This document shows positions 59,238 through 64,000 of a stretch of DNA of 64,000 bases, one piece after another. How positions within the stretch are numbered: position 1 is the stretch's first letter; each line of letters starts with the position of its first letter. The position numbers and the translations under genes were made by a program. The notes beneath the pieces are model-generated. The model did no database searches and was not told the DNA's origin. It saw only the letters and a program-made list of their open reading frames with translations. Source of the stretch: Geminicoccaceae bacterium. GTDB lineage: Bacteria > Pseudomonadota > Alphaproteobacteria > Geminicoccales > Geminicoccaceae. The DNA lies in NCBI GenBank assembly GCA_041397945.1, contig JAWKVR010000008.1, forward strand, positions 23,414 to 87,413. Reading direction: 5' to 3'.

Positions 59238-59545
59238 CCCTCTGGGTCACGGCAACCGCCGGCAATACGCTGGGGTCGCTGGTCAACTGGGTGCTCGGCC
59301 GCTGGGCGCGGCGCTGGCGCGACCATCCCCGTTTCCCGCTGCGCCCGGCGCAGCTGGATCGCGCCACCCGGCACTTCCAGCGCTGGGGTATCTGGTCGCT
59401 GCTCTTCGCCTGGGTTCCGGTCGTGGGCGACCCCTTGACCGTGGTCGCCGGCCTCTTCCGCACGCCCTTCCTGCCGACCCTGCTTCTCATCGCCATCGGC
59501 AAGGGCGCGCGCTATGCCGTGATCCTCGGCCTGGTTCCCGCCTGA
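59125..59545 (+). pseudogene. YqaA/DedA-related small membrane protein, one frameshift near 59225
   Basis: [34 protein letters not shown] (ORF 59125-), then WVTATAGNTLGSLVNWVLGRWARRW...WGIWSLLFAWVPVVGDPLTVVAGLFRTPFLPTLLLIAIGKGARY (ORF 59228-59545). Confidence 0.7.
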
Positions 59546-59551
59546 GCGGTC

Positions 59552-60670
59552 TCAGCTGTCGAGCACGTCCAGCGGATCGGCGTAGTCGAGCCCCTGGGCG
59601 TCGGCCACGGCGCGGTAGGTGATCTTGCCCGCATGCACGTTGAGGCCGGCGCGGAAGTGCGGGTTCTCCAGCAGGGCGGCCTTGTAGCCCTTGTCAGCGA
59701 GGGCCAGGGCATAGGGCAGCGTGACATTATTGAGCGCCAGGGTCGAGGTCCGGGGCACCGCACCCGGCATGTTGGCGACGCAGTAGTGAACCACGTCGTC
59801 GACGATATAGGTCGGCTCGGCATGGGTCGTCGCATGCGAGGTCTCGAAGCAGCCGCCCTGGTCGATGGCGACGTCGACCAGCACGGTGCCCGGGCGCATC
59901 CGTCTGACCATGTCGGCGGTGACCAGCTTCGGCGCGCTGGCGCCGGCCACCAGCACGGCGCCGATCACGAGGTCGGCGTCGACCACATAGTGGTCGAGCG
60001 ATGCCCGCTGCGAGTAGACGGTATTCAGGCTGGGCCCGAAGCGGCGGGCGAGGTGCTGGAGCACGTCGACATTCCGGTCGAGCACGGTGACGTCCGCGGC
60101 CATGCCGAGGGCCATCAGGATCGCGTTCTCGCCGACCATGCCGCCGCCGATCACGGTCACCTTCGCACTCTCGACACCCGGCACGCCGCCGAGCAGAATG
60201 CCGCAGCCGCCATGCGCCCGCTCGAGGCAGTGGGCGCCGGCCTGGATGGCGAGGCGTCCCGCGACCTGTGACATCGGCGCCAGGAGCGGCAGGTGCCCAT
60301 GACTGTCGGTAACCGTCTCATAGGCGATGCACGTGGCACCGCTGCGCATGAGATCGGTGGTCTGCTCCGGGTCCGGGGCGAGATGGAGATAGGTGAAGAG
60401 GATCTGGCCCGGGCGCAGCATGGCCCGCTCGACTGCCTGCGGCTCCTTCACCTTCACGATCATGTCAGCGGCGGCGAAGATGTCGGCCGCCGTGGCGGCG
60501 ATGCTGGCGCCGGCGGCCGCATAGGCGGCGTCGTCCGAGCCGATCCCGGTGCCGGCGCCGCTCTCGACGAGCACCTGGTGCCCGTGGGCGACGAACTCCA
60601 TCACGCTCGCCGGCGTCAGGCCAACGCGGTACTCGTGATTCTTGATCTCCTTCGGCACGCCAACCCGCAT
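59552..60670 (-). CDS. ald: Alanine dehydrogenase
   Basis: [23 protein letters not shown]...KVKEPQ...[11 protein letters not shown]...[13 protein letters not shown]; 372 aa, intact. Confidence 0.93.
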   Translation of the reverse strand: MRVGVPKEIKNHEYRVGLTPASVMEFVAHGHQVLVESGAGTGIGSDDAAYAAAGASIAATAADIFAAADMIVKVKEPQAVERAMLRPGQILFTYLHLAPDPEQTTDLMRSGATCIAYETVTDSHGHLPLLAPMSQVAGRLAIQAGAHCLERAHGGCGILLGGVPGVESAKVTVIGGGMVGENAILMALGMAADVTVLDRNVDVLQHLARRFGPSLNTVYSQRASLDHYVVDADLVIGAVLVAGASAPKLVTADMVRRMRPGTVLVDVAIDQGGCFETSHATTHAEPTYIVDDVVHYCVANMPGAVPRTSTLALNNVTLPYALALADKGYKAALLENPHFRAGLNVHAGKITYRAVADAQGLDYADPLDVLDS

Positions 60671-60790
60671 CGCTCTCACCCCTCTTGCTTCTTGAACGGC
60701 CGCCGACGACCGTAGCACGCTGCGCGCCTGTCGTCGCGCGCAGGGCGCTGCTATGCTCGGGACGCGGTTGAACCTGCGGATGGGCTGGAC

Positions 60791-63235
60791 ATGGCGAGCG
60801 AGCTGCCTTCGACCTGCGACGCCGTGGTCATTGGCGGCGGCATCATCGGCTGCTCGATCGCCTACCACCTGACGAAGCTCGGGATTCACGACGTCGTCGT
60901 GCTCGAGCGCAAGCGGCTGACCTCCGGCACCACCTGGCATGCGGCCGGGCTGATCGGCCAGCTGCGGGCCTCGCGGCGGATGACCGAGCTCGCGAAATAC
61001 ACTTCCGAGCTGCTCTGGTCGCTCGAAGCCGAGACCGGCCTCTCGACAGGCTTTCGCCAGAACGGGTCGATCAGCGTCGCGACCCATGCCGAGCGCTTCG
61101 AGGAGCTGAAGCGCGGCGCCTCGATGGCGAAGAACTTCGGCCTGGCGGTCGAGGTGCTGACTCCGGGCGACATCGCGAGCCGCTACCCGCTCTTGCAGAC
61201 CGATGACCTCGTGGGTGGCATCTTCCTGCCCAAGGACGGCCAGGCCGATCCCGCCAACGTCACCATGGCCTATGCCAAGGGTGCGCGGAACGGCGGTGCC
61301 CGGATCTTCGAGCAGGTGGCGGTCGAGCGGATCCTGGTGGAGCAGGGCAGGGCAGCGGGTGTGCTGACCGCAGAAGGGCCGATCCGGGCCACGACCACCG
61401 TGCTGGCCGCAGGAATGTGGAGCCATGCGATCGCCCGCGCGGTCGGCGTCGCCGTGCCGCTGCACGCGGCCGAGCACTTCTATATCGTCACCGAGCCCAT
61501 TGCCGACCTGCCCCGCGACCTGCCGGTGCTGCGGGTCCCGGACGAATGCGCCTATGTCAAGGAGGACGCCGGCAAGCTCCTGCTCGGTGCCTTCGAGCCG
61601 GTGGCCAAGCCCTGGGGCATGGCCGGCATTCCCGACGAATTCGAGTTCACGACCCTGCCCGACGATGTCGAGCACTTCGAGCCGATCCTGGAAGCCGCCG
61701 TCCGGCGGCTGCCGGTGCTGGCCGAGACCGGGATCCAGACCTTCTTCAACGGCCCGGAGAGCTTCACCCCGGACGATCGGTATCTGCTCGGCGAGACGGC
61801 GGAGCTCAGGGATCTCTTCGTCGCCTGCGGCATGAACTCGATCGGCATCCAGTCATCCGGTGGGGTCGGCAAGGTGCTGGCGGAATGGATCCGGGACCGG
61901 CACATGCCGGTCGATCTGGTCGACGTCGATGTCCGCCGGATGCAGAGGTTCCAGGCCAACCGGCGCTATCTGCGCGAGCGGACGACGGAGACGCTCGGGC
62001 TGCTCTACGCCATGCACTGGCCGCACCGGCAATACGCGACCGCGCGCGGGGTCCGGCGCTCGCCCTTCCATGATCGTCTCCTGGCGCTGGGTGCCGTCAT
62101 GGGCGAACAGTCCGGCTGGGAGCGACCGAACTGGTTCGCGCCGGCTGGTGGCGAGCGCGACTACCGCTATTCCTGGGGCCGGCAGAACTGGTTCGAGCCG
62201 TGCGCCGCCGAATGCCGGGCGGTGCGCGATGCGGTGGCCCTGTTCGACCAGTCGAGCTTCACGAAGTACCTCGTGACCGGCCCGGATGCGCTGGCCCTCC
62301 TCAACCATGTCTCGGCCGCCGAGATGGACGTGCCGGTCGGCCGGGTGGTGTACACCCAATGGCTGAACGAACGGGGTGGCATCGAGGCCGATCTCACGGT
62401 CACGCGCACCGGCGAGACCGCGTTCCTGGTCGTCACCACAGCCGCCGGCCAGACCCGTGATCTCGCCTGGCTGCGCGGGCATGCCGCCCAGGACGGCCGC
62501 TGCGCGATCGTCGATCTCACCTCCGGCCTGCCGATGCTGGGCCTCATGGGGCCGCGAAGTCGCGCCCTGCTCGAGGCGGTTTCCGGCGAGACCCTGGCCG
62601 ACGCCGAGTTCCCCTTCGCCACCTCGCGGGAGCTGGAGGTCGGCTGCGCCGTGGTCAGGGCCAGCCGCCTCACCTATGTCGGCGAACTCGGCTACGAGCT
62701 CTATGTGCCGGCCGAGTTCGCCGCACATGTCTTCGACGTTCTGGTCGAGGCCGGCAGCGGGTTCGGCCTGCGCATGGCCGGCTATCATGCCATGAATGCC
62801 TGTCGCATGGAGAAGTCCTACCGTCACTGGGGCCACGACATTTCCGTGGAGGACACACCGCTCGAGGCCGGCCTCGGCTTTGCCGTCGGCTGGCGGAAGC
62901 CGGCCTTCATCGGCCGTGACGCGCTTCTCCGGCAGCGCGAGGCCGGCGGACCGACGCGGCGTCTCGTGCAGTTCAGGCTGTCCGATCCACTCGAGCTGCT
63001 GCACCACGAGGAGCCCGTCTGGTCGGGGGGCGAGATCGTCGGCTCGATCACCTCGGGCGCCTACGGCCACCGGATCGACGCCTCGCTCGGCATGGGCTAT
63101 GTGCAGTTGGCGGGTGGGGCGAAGGGCCTGGCGCCGGGGCGTGAGTTCGCCATCGAGATCGGCTGGCGGCGGGTCGCGGCCGAGGCCCGGCTCGAGGCCT
63201 TCTACGATCCGGCCAACGAGAGAATTCGCGCCTGA
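60791..63235 (+). CDS. Dimethylglycine/sarcosine dehydrogenase-family enzyme (FAD oxidoreductase fused to a GcvT-like folate-binding domain)
   Basis: Intact 814 aa. DAVVIGGGIIGCSIAYHL, SGTTWHAAGL, then a C-terminal aminomethyltransferase-like region (DQSSFTKYLVTGPDA..., RLTYVGELGYELYVP). Confidence 0.88.
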   Translation: MASELPSTCDAVVIGGGIIGCSIAYHLTKLGIHDVVVLERKRLTSGTTWHAAGLIGQLRASRRMTELAKYTSELLWSLEAETGLSTGFRQNGSISVATHAERFEELKRGASMAKNFGLAVEVLTPGDIASRYPLLQTDDLVGGIFLPKDGQADPANVTMAYAKGARNGGARIFEQVAVERILVEQGRAAGVLTAEGPIRATTTVLAAGMWSHAIARAVGVAVPLHAAEHFYIVTEPIADLPRDLPVLRVPDECAYVKEDAGKLLLGAFEPVAKPWGMAGIPDEFEFTTLPDDVEHFEPILEAAVRRLPVLAETGIQTFFNGPESFTPDDRYLLGETAELRDLFVACGMNSIGIQSSGGVGKVLAEWIRDRHMPVDLVDVDVRRMQRFQANRRYLRERTTETLGLLYAMHWPHRQYATARGVRRSPFHDRLLALGAVMGEQSGWERPNWFAPAGGERDYRYSWGRQNWFEPCAAECRAVRDAVALFDQSSFTKYLVTGPDALALLNHVSAAEMDVPVGRVVYTQWLNERGGIEADLTVTRTGETAFLVVTTAAGQTRDLAWLRGHAAQDGRCAIVDLTSGLPMLGLMGPRSRALLEAVSGETLADAEFPFATSRELEVGCAVVRASRLTYVGELGYELYVPAEFAAHVFDVLVEAGSGFGLRMAGYHAMNACRMEKSYRHWGHDISVEDTPLEAGLGFAVGWRKPAFIGRDALLRQREAGGPTRRLVQFRLSDPLELLHHEEPVWSGGEIVGSITSGAYGHRIDASLGMGYVQLAGGAKGLAPGREFAIEIGWRRVAAEARLEAFYDPANERIRA

Positions 63236-63260
63236 AGGCGCGGCAATTGGGGAGCAGACG

Positions 63261-64000
63261 ATGACGCTGATGACGCCGTCCGAGGCGATGGTCGAGACTC
63301 TGGTGGCGCAGGGGGTCACCCATGTCTTCGGCATCGTGGGCTCGGCCTACATGGACGCGCTCGACATTTTCGAGCCCGCCGGGATCCGCTTCATCTCCGT
63401 GGCGCACGAGCAGGGTGCCGGGCACATGGCGGACGGCTACGCCCGGGCGTCGGGGCGGCATGGCGTCTGCATCGCGCAGAACGGCCCTGGCATCACCAAT
63501 TTCGTCACCTCCGTGGCGGCCGCCTACTGGGCGCACTCACCTGTGGTCGTCATCACCCCGGAGACCGGATCGAACACGCAGGGGCTGGGCGGCTTCCAGG
63601 AAGCCGAGCAGATGCCCTTCTTCGAGCGGATCACCAAGTACCAGGTGCATTGCGGCCATCAGGGGCGGATGGCCGAGCTGCTCGGCCGCTGCTTCGACTA
63701 TGCGATGCTGGAGCGCGGCCCGACCCAGTTCAACATCCCGCGTGATCTCTTCTATGGCGAGGCGGACTATACGATCCAGAAGCCGATCAGGGTCGAGCGT
63801 GGCCCCGGTGGCCCGGAAAGCCTCGACGCCGCGGCGGCCCTGATCGCCGACGCGAAGTTCCCCGTCATCCTTTCGGGTGGCGGCGTCGTGATGAGCGACG
63901 GCGTGGGCGAGGTGATCAAGCTCGCCGAGCATCTGCAGGCGCCGGTCATCAACACCTACCTGCACAACGACAGCTTTCCGAGGTCGCATCCGCTCTGGTG
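63261..64000 (+). CDS. xsc: Thiamine-diphosphate enzyme, sulfoacetaldehyde acetyltransferase-like; 3'-partial at window edge
   Basis: My translation from the ATG at 63261: MTLMTPSEAMVETLVAQGVTHVFGIVGSAYMDALDIFEPAGIRFISVAHEQGAGHMADGYARASGRHGVCIAQNGPGITNFVTSVAAAYWAHSPVVVITPE...AKFPVILSGGGVVMSDG...YLHNDSFPRSHPLW. This is very similar to Xsc as I recall it. The ORF is absent from the track because it is open at the window end. Confidence 0.75.
   Translation, partial: MTLMTPSEAMVETLVAQGVTHVFGIVGSAYMDALDIFEPAGIRFISVAHEQGAGHMADGYARASGRHGVCIAQNGPGITNFVTSVAAAYWAHSPVVVITPETGSNTQGLGGFQEAEQMPFFERITKYQVHCGHQGRMAELLGRCFDYAMLERGPTQFNIPRDLFYGEADYTIQKPIRVERGPGGPESLDAAAALIADAKFPVILSGGGVVMSDGVGEVIKLAEHLQAPVINTYLHNDSFPRSHPLW

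Overview
This is a 64-kb high-G+C window whose content looks alphaproteobacterial (an NDUFS4-like ETC protein, one TRAP and many ABC transporters). I can support about 70 features: one tRNA-Arg(UCU), about 60 protein genes or gene remnants, and several repeats and operator-like palindromes. Most genes encode transport and catabolism.

Gene order:
- 1-6.4 kb: NitT/TauT-type ABC system and hydantoinase hyuAB.
- 7-12 kb: cbiX, then idnD, uxuA and a mannitol dehydrogenase.
- 13.6-18 kb: Liv-type ABC system.
- 18-21 kb: housekeeping block (tRNA, NDUFS4-like, NUDIX, AsnC-like, DEAD-box helicase).
- 21.5-24 kb: isochorismatase-VOC fusion, CDF exporter, PPOX-like protein.
- 24-29.6 kb: a very large SAM-cyclase-AAA-TPR signalling protein and two Sel1 proteins.
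- 29.6-38.5 kb: azlCD, TRAP dctPQM split by an antisense GNAT gene, a VapB/PIN toxin-antitoxin pair, GST and oxidoreductases.
- 38.5-49.3 kb: an eroded accessory patch.
- 49.3-64 kb: membrane cyclase, GMC and Gfo oxidoreductases, a glucose/mannose-type ABC system, ald, a DMGDH-like enzyme and xsc.

Two observations dominate the hunt:
- About two dozen genes are interrupted only by frameshifts, while neighbours of up to 814 codons are intact.
- The accessory patch carries a hairpin element present three times, two copies of which sit exactly where G+C drops. It also holds a degraded XRE/IS1595-like low-G+C island with a chain of overlapping small ORFs, a truncated tandem macro-domain gene, and an array of five perfect palindromes bracketed by direct repeats.

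I found no CRISPR array, rRNA or intact recombinase. I did not find an intact, clearly novel multi-gene system. The palindrome array and the hairpin element are the best leads.
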